DNA of 64,000 nt from positions 416,001 to 480,000 of the forward strand of contig CAVYGN010000002.1 in NCBI GenBank assembly GCA_963768055.1, written 5' to 3'. Every line of letters starts with the position of its first letter. The stretch's first letter is position 1. The DNA is from an uncultured Spirochaetota bacterium. Lineage in GTDB: Bacteria > Spirochaetota > Brevinematia > Brevinematales > JAOACQ01. A program made the position numbers and the translations under genes. Under the pieces are notes generated by a model, which was not told where the DNA came from, did not search any database, and saw only the letters and a program-made list of their open reading frames with translations. Below are positions 39,237 to 48,130 of the stretch, piece after piece.

Positions 39237-40541
39237 ATGAAGAAAACCAGTCTTTTAGCAGTGTTTACTCTGGCTGCTATACTTTCTTCCATTAGTGTTT
39301 CTTATACGGCGCCAAAACCGTATAACAACGAGAAAGTCAGCATAGTAGTAGCCGTTTTCCCCCAGCTCGATGTCGCTTTTTCGGCATTTTTACCGGATTT
39401 CCAGGCTAAATACCCCAATATCTCCGTCGAGATCAAGAAACTTGGGTATAATGACCATCATAACAACCTTATTACTGTAATAGCTGCAGGCCAGGGAGCC
39501 CCGGACGTCGCAGCTATCGATTACGTTTATGTATCGGAACTGGGCGCGGGCGGAGGTTTTGATAACCTTCTAAAAGCCCCCTATAATGCCGGCGAATTTA
39601 AAAAGGATGAACCTGGTTACAGCTGGGCGCAGGGTTCCACCAGCCCTACGGAACTGTTCGCCTTCCCGGTCGATATCGGGCCTGCAACAGCGTTTCTTTA
39701 TAAACCGACATGGGACCTGAAAAAGATCAATTATGAAAAAAGCATCAAGACAATGGATGATCTTTTAAACGCGGGTAAAAAACTTACATTTGATTCTCAA
39801 AAAGACGGTAAAGTCGATCACTGGCTCGTTTCTCATGCATATCTAATATTCAAAATGATCTTCTTCTCCGATAAACAGAGATATTTCGATAAATCCGGCC
39901 AGCCGGCCCTTGACACTCCCAGGATCAGGAACGCATTTATGTGGGCCAAAAAATTCAGAGACGCCGGCCTTGACGCGAAACTAAACGACTGGTCCAACGA
40001 ATGGTTCGCAATGTGGGCTTCAGGGACAGCCGCTTTCATACCCGGAGGAGCATGGACTACGTCTTATCTTGAAGAGCAGTGGGCCCCTGACCAGAAGGGC
40101 AATTACAGGATAGGACTGCTGCCTGCTTTGGCAAAAGGCGAGAAACCCATGATGATGTCCGACGGCGGAACCTTCCTTACAATACCCTCGCAGATACCCG
40201 ACGTCAACAAATCCGCAGCCTGGGAATTTATCAAATTTGCTGCAACCCAGGTAAAATCGCAGCTCGCAGCTTTCGACAAGGCTCATGATTTTCCTTCTTA
40301 TAAACCTTCATGGACCGACCCTTCGATGTCAACCGGCGTAAGCTTCCTGGGCGGACAGAAAGCCAAATTGATCTGGATCGAAGTTGCAAAGGCCATTCCC
40401 GAAGTATACGTCAATCCCAAGGACAGCATAGCTGCCGGTGTAATAGCTTCGGCTGTGTATGATTACCTTGACGGCAAGAAAGATCTTAATACCGCTCTTG
40501 CAACAGCGCAGAAAGATCTCACTACAAAGATGAGCCAGTAA
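39237..40541 (+). CDS. Sugar ABC transporter substrate-binding protein
   Basis: Signal peptide; APDV, PVDIGP, DGGTFLTIP, AAWEFIKF. Confidence 0.9.
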   Translation: MKKTSLLAVFTLAAILSSISVSYTAPKPYNNEKVSIVVAVFPQLDVAFSAFLPDFQAKYPNISVEIKKLGYNDHHNNLITVIAAGQGAPDVAAIDYVYVSELGAGGGFDNLLKAPYNAGEFKKDEPGYSWAQGSTSPTELFAFPVDIGPATAFLYKPTWDLKKINYEKSIKTMDDLLNAGKKLTFDSQKDGKVDHWLVSHAYLIFKMIFFSDKQRYFDKSGQPALDTPRIRNAFMWAKKFRDAGLDAKLNDWSNEWFAMWASGTAAFIPGGAWTTSYLEEQWAPDQKGNYRIGLLPALAKGEKPMMMSDGGTFLTIPSQIPDVNKSAAWEFIKFAATQVKSQLAAFDKAHDFPSYKPSWTDPSMSTGVSFLGGQKAKLIWIEVAKAIPEVYVNPKDSIAAGVIASAVYDYLDGKKDLNTALATAQKDLTTKMSQ

Positions 40542-40565
40542 TTTTGGTTTGAATAATATTCACCT

Positions 40566-40596
40566 GAGGTTTGCGGGCTTAAAACCCGCAAACCTC
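40566..40596 (+). terminator. Stem-loop after the SBP gene (terminator/mRNA-stabilising hairpin)
   Basis: Perfect 12-bp stem GAGGTTTGCGGG/CCCGCAAACCTC followed by CTTTAATATTT. Confidence 0.7.
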
Positions 40597-40624
40597 CTTT
40601 AATATTTACTCGGAGGACATTAAA

Positions 40625-41656
40625 ATGGCACAGAAAAACCAGGCTGTTCTTAGAAGCGGCGGCTGGAGCGCATTCTCCAGAAAAGCGACACCTTACGTCT
40701 TTATTGCTCCTTTTTTTATATCATTCCTGATCTTCTCGACATTTCCGGTTATATATTCATTTATATTAAGCATATCCCGGTGGAACGGCGTCGGCAACCA
40801 GCCTATGACCTTTGTAGGATTGACAAATTATATAAACCTGGTCGGCTTCGACGAATTTCATGTATTCTGGTACGACCAGGCCAAGAATTTTCACCTGATC
40901 TACATGGCTCCGAAAGACAGCCTTTTCTGGACATCCTTCGTCAACACCTTCGGCATAGCCATTTTTACAGCGCTTCCCCAGCATGCAATCGCCCTGTTCT
41001 TCGCTTTTATTTTGAACCAGGGATTTGTTAAATTCAAGGATTTCTTCAGGGGCGTCCTTTTCATGCCTTACATAACATCGGCTATCGCGGTAAGTGTTAT
41101 CTTCAGCGTATTCTACAGCGAAAGGACAGGAATATTGAACGGGTTCTTACAGTTTCTTGACGATATCAAGATTGTCGGTCCCCATAATCTCTTTCCCATC
41201 GAGCACCCGGTATTCTGGCTGAAATCCTTCACCTGGTTAAGCGTCTCCCTGGTTTCCATCTGGCAATGGACCGGATGGAATTCCATCATCTACCTTGCAG
41301 GCCTTCAGGCGATACCGGATAATCTTTACGAAGCAGCCAGGATTGACGGAGCAAGCTGGTGGCAGGTATTTTTCAGGATCACTCTTCCTCTTTTAAGGCC
41401 TATAATCTTTTTTGCAACAACGCTTACCATAATCGGCCAGGTTCAGCTTTTCGACGTGCCTATGGCCCTGCTCGGGGGCGCCAATCCCGCGGCAGCAGCC
41501 ATCTACGCGAACCAGGGGCTAACCCTTGCGGTATATATGTACCAACAGGCCTTCATGTACAGGAGCTTCGGCTCAGGCGCAGCCCTGTCATACATCATGT
41601 TCGCATTGATGGCAATCCTTTCGGTGATCAACAATAGATTTTTAACTGAAAAATAA
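40625..41656 (+). CDS. Sugar ABC transporter permease
   Basis: FVGLTNY, LYEAARIDGAS. Confidence 0.92.
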   Translation: MAQKNQAVLRSGGWSAFSRKATPYVFIAPFFISFLIFSTFPVIYSFILSISRWNGVGNQPMTFVGLTNYINLVGFDEFHVFWYDQAKNFHLIYMAPKDSLFWTSFVNTFGIAIFTALPQHAIALFFAFILNQGFVKFKDFFRGVLFMPYITSAIAVSVIFSVFYSERTGILNGFLQFLDDIKIVGPHNLFPIEHPVFWLKSFTWLSVSLVSIWQWTGWNSIIYLAGLQAIPDNLYEAARIDGASWWQVFFRITLPLLRPIIFFATTLTIIGQVQLFDVPMALLGGANPAAAAIYANQGLTLAVYMYQQAFMYRSFGSGAALSYIMFALMAILSVINNRFLTEK

Positions 41657-41674
41657 CAAAGGAGTTAATTAATT

Positions 41675-42586
41675 ATGGCTGATAAAAATACTATAGAGGC
41701 AAGGGTTTTAGCGAAGGATAAGGGATTCAGCCTGAAGGTTAAACCGAATCCTGTCACGGTAATCCTTAAATATTTCATATTGTACCTTCCGCTTATCATC
41801 TGGGCGTTAATTACCTTCTTCCCCTTCTGGTATATGATTGTCGTATCGGGGCTTTCGAGGGACAAAATATTCGTATATCCGCCCCCTATGACAATAGGCC
41901 ATAACTTTGTTGATCAATTCCTGGCCAATTACCATATTCTTCTTTCTAAAACCCCTTACTGGAGAAACATGTGGAACAGCGTGTATATAGCTTCCATGGT
42001 CACGCTCCTTTCGATATTTTTCTGCTCCCTCGGGGGATACGGGTTTGCAATGTATAATTTCAAGGGCAAGAATGCGATGTTCGGTTTTATGCTTTTTTCA
42101 CTTATGATACCACCCCTTTTAGGCCTTGTCCCTTACTACTTAATGATGAGGGCGTTCGGGTGGATAAACACCGCGAAAGCGATATATGTACCCGGCATAG
42201 CTAACGCGTTCGGGATATTCATGATGCGGCAGTTCATCCAGGCGTCCATACCGATCGACCTGGTCGACGCCGCCAGGGTCGACGGCGGAAACGAGTTTTC
42301 GATATACTGGCAGATAGTATTCCCGCTGATCGCCCCGGTGATCGGTTCATTCGGGATCATCACCTTCCTGGGAAGCTGGAACAGTTACCTGGCGCCGCTT
42401 GTTATATTTTCCTCTGAAAAAACCTATACCGTTCCGGTAGCTTTGACGACACTGAGGACAATGAGTACCTTCGAGGGAGACTCGATGGTGGCGACGGTAA
42501 TAGCCGTATTGCCGCTTTTGATAGTCTTTATTCTGACATCCAGACTGATCATAACTAAAGTAACCGAAGGGGCGTTAAAGGGATAG
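41675..42586 (+). CDS. Carbohydrate ABC transporter permease
   Basis: LVDAARVDGG, WNSYL, EGALKG. Confidence 0.92.
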   Translation: MADKNTIEARVLAKDKGFSLKVKPNPVTVILKYFILYLPLIIWALITFFPFWYMIVVSGLSRDKIFVYPPPMTIGHNFVDQFLANYHILLSKTPYWRNMWNSVYIASMVTLLSIFFCSLGGYGFAMYNFKGKNAMFGFMLFSLMIPPLLGLVPYYLMMRAFGWINTAKAIYVPGIANAFGIFMMRQFIQASIPIDLVDAARVDGGNEFSIYWQIVFPLIAPVIGSFGIITFLGSWNSYLAPLVIFSSEKTYTVPVALTTLRTMSTFEGDSMVATVIAVLPLLIVFILTSRLIITKVTEGALKG

Positions 42587-43375
42587 CCGGGCAGGTTTCC
42601 TGGCGTAGATTTCGAATGTATCGCCCATTCCGGCAAGTTTCTGGATAAATTTAAATATTCCAAGCGGAGGCAGCCCGATCCTCTCAGGGTGGAGGCCGAA
42701 AAATTCAAGCCTCTCCGGAATAAAGCCGTTACTCTTAAGGATAGATTTCATGCCTGAAGGCATCGGCTCGAAATAGTGTTCCTCCGGCCTTTTCATGTAA
42801 TATTCCCCGGGATTAAAACGTGAAAATGCCCCCGCCGAATTGGGGATTGATAGCGCAATTACACCCCCTTCTTTGAGAAGCTTATTAGCCTGTTTTATCC
42901 AGGAAAGAGGATCATTCATATGTTCGAGAGTAAACCATAAAGTAACGGCGTCAAAATTTCCCGTACTTTTTTCCAGGTCCGTCCAGGTAACTAAATTAAA
43001 CGCCTTTCTTGAGAAATCCCTGGCATAGGAAGATATTTCAATACCCTCCGCCCTGAAACCCATTTTCATTGCCTCATCGCAGAACAAACCCATAGCTGAA
43101 CCGATGTCCAGGATCCTTCCCCCTTCAGGGAGCATTTTAGCAAGACGCAGGAGCCTGCGCCTTGAAATTACCCTGATGTTCGACTCGTCCTCTATATACG
43201 TCTTCCCGTAGGCTTTTTGATGGCCCGTATTAAAATAATCCTCTTCATACCTGACCGGCGGATTTCCATGCCGGTTTTGAAAATTCGAACCGCAGTGAAG
43301 GCATAAATGAAGCGTATAGAACGAGCCATCGAAAAGCTTTCTGCTTGAATCTTTATGACAGAGGAGGCATTCCAT
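42575..43375 (-). CDS. Class I SAM-dependent methyltransferase with N-terminal Cys motif
   Basis: CLLC...CLHC; ILDIGSAMG; TLEHMNDP. Confidence 0.85.
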   Translation of the reverse strand: MECLLCHKDSSRKLFDGSFYTLHLCLHCGSNFQNRHGNPPVRYEEDYFNTGHQKAYGKTYIEDESNIRVISRRRLLRLAKMLPEGGRILDIGSAMGLFCDEAMKMGFRAEGIEISSYARDFSRKAFNLVTWTDLEKSTGNFDAVTLWFTLEHMNDPLSWIKQANKLLKEGGVIALSIPNSAGAFSRFNPGEYYMKRPEEHYFEPMPSGMKSILKSNGFIPERLEFFGLHPERIGLPPLGIFKFIQKLAGMGDTFEIYARKPARLSL

Positions 43376-43390
43376 TTTTTCTCCTTGTGT

Positions 43391-43966
43391 TTAAGAGTTT
43401 TCAATTATTAATAAAGTGCCTTTTTCCAGCGGCATAATTTTATAATTCTTTATTCCCGACTGAACCAGTTCTTCCTTGAGTACATTTTCTCTTCCCTTCA
43501 ACAGATAATAGGATAAGCACCCCGGGGCATGCTTGTCGCCCCATTTGATTATATTTGCAATCGAAGAATACGCCCTTGAGATGATCAAGCTCATTCCCTC
43601 GAAAATAAATCCGCGATTGATGTCGATCACGAGAGTGTTTATGCGAAGCTTATTAGTGGTATACTCCAGAAAAGCCAGTTTTTTCGAGTCTGTTTCAGTG
43701 AGATAAAACTTCTTTTTTGGGAGAAGAATGGAGAGGGGGATTGCAGGGATACCCCCTCCGCTGCCGATATCAATGATGTCGGGACATTCATTACTTTCAA
43801 GATAAGGGAAGAGTTCCAGGCTGTCTTTTATATGCGTTTCCCAGATATTTTTTTCGGTAGATCTGCCGATAAGGTTGACGGCCCGGTTCCATTTCAACAG
43901 TTCTTCGATGTAGGTATTAATAAGCTTTTGACTGTTTTCTGTTATTTCAATATCGAATAGAATCAT
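43391..43966 (-). CDS. rsmG: 16S rRNA m7G527 methyltransferase
   Basis: WNRAVNL, HIKDSL, DIGSGGGIP, SRA. Confidence 0.9.
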   Translation of the reverse strand: MILFDIEITENSQKLINTYIEELLKWNRAVNLIGRSTEKNIWETHIKDSLELFPYLESNECPDIIDIGSGGGIPAIPLSILLPKKKFYLTETDSKKLAFLEYTTNKLRINTLVIDINRGFIFEGMSLIISRAYSSIANIIKWGDKHAPGCLSYYLLKGRENVLKEELVQSGIKNYKIMPLEKGTLLIIENS

Positions 43967-44045
43967 ATTAAATTATAGAACTATCGTTTAAATTTAGCAA
44001 AGGGTATTATTTGATTTATAATTGCAAAAGAATATTAAACTTTGA

Positions 44046-44112
44046 AGATTTCATCCCACCCCCCTGGGGCGGGATAAACCCTTACAGGATAAACCCTTCG
44101 TCCGAAATGACA
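44046..44112. repeat. TGTC-tagged element, right half only (copy R3)
   Basis: AGATTTC...CGAAATGACA; GGATAAACCCTT twice; CCCTTACAGGATAAAC is the reverse complement of GTTTATCCTGTAAGGG in R2. Confidence 0.65.
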
Positions 44113-44167
44113 ATTTTTGAAATTTTTTAGTTTTTATATCATAATTAGCAGTAAGAGGTAGTATATA

Positions 44168-44731
44168 ATGAAAATAGAAGACGGGACCTGCGGGTTTAAT
44201 ATAAATGGAATAAATATTAAAGTGACCGCCCTGAACAATGTTATTCAGGGAATCGGGATATCTTTAGCAGGTCATGCCTTAACAGGGCAGGCAGCGATTG
44301 ACAGGCCGCATACATGGTTATACACCTATTTCAGGGATTTTATCAATGGAGATACGGAGGTTTTTGGACTTGAACTTGAATGGCGCAAACTGACACCTTT
44401 TCAAAAATCAGTTTACGTAGCCGCGGCCTCGATCCCTTACGGCAGTGTGACTACTTATCAGGAATTAGCCGAAAAAATCGGCGGTAAAAAATATGCCAGG
44501 GCTGTCGGTACGGCTCTTTCAAAAAATCCTTTTCCCCTTGCAATCCCCTGCCACAGGGTCCTGCCTAAAAATTCAGGAATAGAAAATCCTGGCGGATTTG
44601 CCGGAGGAACAACGCTGAAAAAAAAGTTGTTGAAAATTGAAGAAGAAATATCGAGGAGAAGGCATTGTTTGTTTATGGAAGGAATTCGATCGAAGAAGCC
44701 CTTGAAGGAAATATTACCCTTAAAAGAGTAA
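44168..44731 (+). CDS. ogt: Methylated-DNA--protein-cysteine methyltransferase
   Basis: IPYG, RAVG, PCHRV. Confidence 0.9.
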   Translation: MKIEDGTCGFNINGINIKVTALNNVIQGIGISLAGHALTGQAAIDRPHTWLYTYFRDFINGDTEVFGLELEWRKLTPFQKSVYVAAASIPYGSVTTYQELAEKIGGKKYARAVGTALSKNPFPLAIPCHRVLPKNSGIENPGGFAGGTTLKKKLLKIEEEISRRRHCLFMEGIRSKKPLKEILPLKE

Positions 44732-45381
44732 TTGTTGAGCGCGGTAAAGAAGAAAAGTATGAAAATCTGATACGGAGACTCAAACAAGCCGGATCGCCTG
44801 TGTCTTATCAAATGGATAAAACACTTTCTGATCTTGCCGGGACCTTCAAGCACCAGGGTATAATCGGGGAAATGGAATTGCCTGAAAATATAATAGATGA
44901 CGATAAAATAATTACCGACTGGTCGGTAATGGACTCCATTATAGCCCTCGATGGAATAACCGACACGGGAAATTTAGGGGCCATTGTAAGATCAGCCCTT
45001 TTATTCGGTTTTAAAGCCGTTGTGCTGCCCAGGGACAACAGCGCCAGAATAACACCCCAGACAATAAAGGCTTCAGCGGGGGCAATATACCATCAGAAAA
45101 TTATCTATGTAAACAGCCTGAACAATTTTTTACTTGAGGCCAGGGAATCCGGTTTTACCATTATCGGTCTTGCGAACGAAGCGCAGGAATCGATAAAAGA
45201 ACTTGATATAAAAAATAAAATCTGTTATATTATTGGGGCGGAGAGAAAAGGAATTCGAAGATCAGTGAAAAAATTATGTGATAAGTTAGTTTTAATACCC
45301 ACTACTCAAAAGTTCAATAGTCTGAACGCCTCCGTGTCAGGGGCTATAGCAATGTGGGAATTTTACCGAAAAAGGGGTTAA
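44665..45381 (+). CDS. rlmB: 23S rRNA Gm2251 methyltransferase (TrmH family)
   Basis: VYGRN, HQGI, NLGAIVRSA, GAE, SLNASVS. Confidence 0.85.
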   Translation: MFVYGRNSIEEALEGNITLKRVIVERGKEEKYENLIRRLKQAGSPVSYQMDKTLSDLAGTFKHQGIIGEMELPENIIDDDKIITDWSVMDSIIALDGITDTGNLGAIVRSALLFGFKAVVLPRDNSARITPQTIKASAGAIYHQKIIYVNSLNNFLLEARESGFTIIGLANEAQESIKELDIKNKICYIIGAERKGIRRSVKKLCDKLVLIPTTQKFNSLNASVSGAIAMWEFYRKRG

Positions 45382-45458
45382 GTACCTTACATCAAAAACC
45401 GATATTTTAGTTTTTTAAGAGGCTTTTTCGGGGGAATTTTTCAACTAATCGGAGCGTT

Positions 45459-47117
45459 ATGGATAATCACTCGCTTAAAAGACAGTTGATGGGACTGTCT
45501 TCGTTTAAAAGCCTGAGTAAAAGGATAGTCCTTTTAATTTTTGGGGTTTATATAATCCTGTCTCTAGTAATTGCGGTCACTTTTATTGTCTATAACCGGA
45601 TTCAAGACCATTCGCCGCTTCTTTCTATTGCTCTTATCATAACAGAAATTGTTCTTGGCAGCGCTGTTTTAATCGCTGCGATGCTGAAAATCCTGCGGGA
45701 TAAGATCTGGCACCCGCTCTCAAGCCTGAACGATGCCATTATCAGCATTTCAAATAAAAACCTTTACGCCAGGGCCAACCATTACAATCCTGTGGGCGAA
45801 ATGGCGATTTTATATAGAAATTTCAACCAGATGGCTGACACGCTTAAAAATTTTATCGAGGAATCGTCCTCGGTAATCTGGACCGACATAATAACAAATC
45901 TTCCCAACCGCGACAGGATCCTGATCGATATTGAAAGGACTGAAAAACCATCGCTTATACTCGCCAATATCGACTTCTTTAAAGAGATTAACGATTGCTA
46001 CGGTAATAAGATCGGGGACCTGATCCTTAAAGAGACGTCCCACCGTCTTAAAAAGATGCAGGAAGAACTTGATTACCGCCTTTACAGGATGCCTGCCGAC
46101 GAATTCGCTCTCCTATTCGACTGTGACATCTGCCGTGAAAGCCTGATAGATATCGTCAAGCTTCTTTCAAATATCATAAACGAACGGCCTTTCATTATGA
46201 ACGGGCATGAGATCAACGTCAGGGTGACTTTCGGAATTGCGCTTGGCGACGATATATGTAATGATGAGATCACAGAGGGTAAATGGAGAAAACTTGCAAC
46301 TAATGCGGATATGGCCTTGAAACGCGCAAAAAGGCTGCAAAAAAATTTCATAATTTTCGATGAATCCATGGAGATCACAAAAGAATACGAAAATAATATC
46401 ATGTGGAAACAAAAACTCAAGGACGCCATCCATAATCAGAGGATAATACCGTTTTTCCAGCCGATAGTTAATAATTTTAACGGGAAAATTGAAAAGTACG
46501 AAACCCTCGTACGCCTCATTGACAAGCAGGGAACCATTATCCATCCCAATAACTTCCTGGACCTGGCCAAAAAATCACATCTTTACGATAATATTACAAA
46601 AGCTATGATTACAGGATCCTTCGCTATGTTTGAGAATCTTAACTATGAATTTTCAATAAACCTGACAGTCAATGATATTCTTGACGAGGATATCAATAAA
46701 TTCATCAAGGATGAATTGAAGAAAAATAAAAATACTGCAGGCCGCGTAGTTTTTGAAATTCTCGAATCGGAGGGAATTGAGAATTACAAGGAAGTCATGG
46801 TATTTATTGAAGAAGTCAAAGATCTCGGGTGCAAGATAGCCATCGATGATTTCGGTTCCGGTTATTCCAACTTCGAGCATATAATGAGACTCGATGTCGA
46901 TTACATCAAGATCGATTCCTCTTTGATTAAAAACCTTCCATATGATAAAAACTCTCAGATTATTACCAGGACCATAGTAAACTTTGCAAAGGAACTCGAG
47001 CTGAAAACCATATCCGAGTATGTACATTCCCGCGAAGTATATGAAAAAGGCGTCGAACTTGGCGTCGATTACTCCCAGGGGTTTTATTTCGGCGAGCCGA
47101 AGGAGTTTCTGGTTTAG
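45459..47117 (+). CDS. Membrane HAMP-GGDEF(degenerate)-EAL phosphodiesterase
   Basis: 2 TM, HAMP; RMPADEF in place of GGDEF; ETLVRL, DDFGSGYS, KID. Confidence 0.85.
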   Translation: MDNHSLKRQLMGLSSFKSLSKRIVLLIFGVYIILSLVIAVTFIVYNRIQDHSPLLSIALIITEIVLGSAVLIAAMLKILRDKIWHPLSSLNDAIISISNKNLYARANHYNPVGEMAILYRNFNQMADTLKNFIEESSSVIWTDIITNLPNRDRILIDIERTEKPSLILANIDFFKEINDCYGNKIGDLILKETSHRLKKMQEELDYRLYRMPADEFALLFDCDICRESLIDIVKLLSNIINERPFIMNGHEINVRVTFGIALGDDICNDEITEGKWRKLATNADMALKRAKRLQKNFIIFDESMEITKEYENNIMWKQKLKDAIHNQRIIPFFQPIVNNFNGKIEKYETLVRLIDKQGTIIHPNNFLDLAKKSHLYDNITKAMITGSFAMFENLNYEFSINLTVNDILDEDINKFIKDELKKNKNTAGRVVFEILESEGIENYKEVMVFIEEVKDLGCKIAIDDFGSGYSNFEHIMRLDVDYIKIDSSLIKNLPYDKNSQIITRTIVNFAKELELKTISEYVHSREVYEKGVELGVDYSQGFYFGEPKEFLV

Positions 47118-47404
47118 GGCCGTTCAAACAACATACTAACTTCTTTATGAAACAATTTTTTTATCGAGCGGGACTCGAATGCTTGAGCTGCAACGGCTCA
47201 AAACAGCAACAAGCGTTGATGGAATTTTTTTTTAATGAAAGAATATTTTTATTATTTATATTAATATAGAAATAGAATAAGCGGTCCCTGAAAAACACTT
47301 GCTTTCGCTGTTTTTCGCCGGCAGCTCCGACGTATTCTTCGTAAGGCTCGCTAAAAAAATTGTTTCCTAATAAATTGTATATTGTCTTGAATTCGAGGAT
47401 GGAC
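47116..47404. repeat. Long imperfect hairpin unit H1
   Basis: Arms about 47123-47217 and 47294-47391, including perfect GAAACAATTTTTTTA/TAAAAAAATTGTTTC; AT-rich loop. Confidence 0.8.
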
Positions 47405-47450
47405 CGGGTCACAACTTCATTTTAAACCAACAGAAAAACGGTGATCGGCT

Positions 47451-47485
47451 AGTCTGCAGTCAATAGTTAGCAGTCGACAGTCCCT
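47451..47485. repeat. Degenerate heptamer tandem repeat
   Basis: AGTCTGC AGTCAAT AGTTAGC AGTCGAC AGTCCCT. Confidence 0.6.
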
Positions 47486-47706
47486 TTCCTGCCGAATTAA
47501 GACAATATGCGGCTCTATTTGAAGTAATTTTTTTCTGCGCTCTTATGAAGATGGCGTAGAGCCACCGGGCGAAAAACGGATAAAGGAAGCGCTTACATCC
47601 ATTTTGAGCCCTTGTGGCTCATACCCTTCGGGCACAGGCGCTATCGAATACCGCGTAGAAAAAAATTACTTCAAAGATAAAACTGCATATTGATCTGGTC
47701 GGCCCT
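47479..47706. repeat. Long imperfect hairpin unit H2 (inverted homologue of H1)
   Basis: Perfect 19-bp TTTGAAGTAATTTTTTTCT/AGAAAAAAATTACTTCAAA; CAATATGC/GCATATTG; apex AAGCGCTT. Confidence 0.8.
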
Positions 47707-47726
47707 CCATAAATAGCCTCCTTTTC

Positions 47727-47755
47727 TTGACAAAACGGCCCCTTTTCCTTAAAAT
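47727..47755 (+). promoter_or_regulatory. sigma70 promoter of the rpsF operon
   Basis: TTGACA-N17-TAAAAT. Confidence 0.75.
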
Positions 47756-47761
47756 TTCTTG

Positions 47762-47837
47762 CTATCCTTCCTGCCGAAAGGCAGGCGTGTCCCGGAAAGC
47801 AGGGCTTTCCGGGACAATTAGTCCATAAGGAGGAGAA
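47762..47837 (+). promoter_or_regulatory. Structured rpsF leader (candidate S6:S18 autoregulatory element)
   Basis: TCCTT pairs with AAGGA of the SD; hairpins CCTGCC-GAAA-GGCAGG and 13-bp TGTCCCGGAAAGC/GCTTTCCGGGACA. Confidence 0.5.
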
Positions 47838-48128
47838 ATGATAAGGAAGTATGAGATCGCTTTTCTCATCAAAGAAGGCGAGATCGCCAAAGCAGCGATC
47901 GAAAGGATCCACGAGTATTTCAAAAAGATCAAAGCCGGCGTCGTTAATGAAAGCGATATGGGAACCCGCCAGCTTGCATACCCTATCCATCGCAACCGGG
48001 AAGATTTTAGAAGGGCGTATTACCACATTGCTAAAATCGAAATGGACACAAAAAATATCCCGGAATTCGAGCGCCTGATGAAATTCGACGAAGATATCAT
48101 TCGCCACATGCTCCTGACCGGAGAATAA
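47838..48128 (+). CDS. rpsF: 30S ribosomal protein S6
   Basis: RKYE, GTRQLAYPI, IIRHM. Confidence 0.92.
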   Translation: MIRKYEIAFLIKEGEIAKAAIERIHEYFKKIKAGVVNESDMGTRQLAYPIHRNREDFRRAYYHIAKIEMDTKNIPEFERLMKFDEDIIRHMLLTGE

Positions 48129-48130
48129 AA

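Noticed and set aside
47161..47412. 83-aa ORF across hairpin H1 (also 47619..48107)
   Set aside because: No RBS or motifs; the frame is not conserved in the homologous H2 copy, and the region is better explained as structured non-coding DNA
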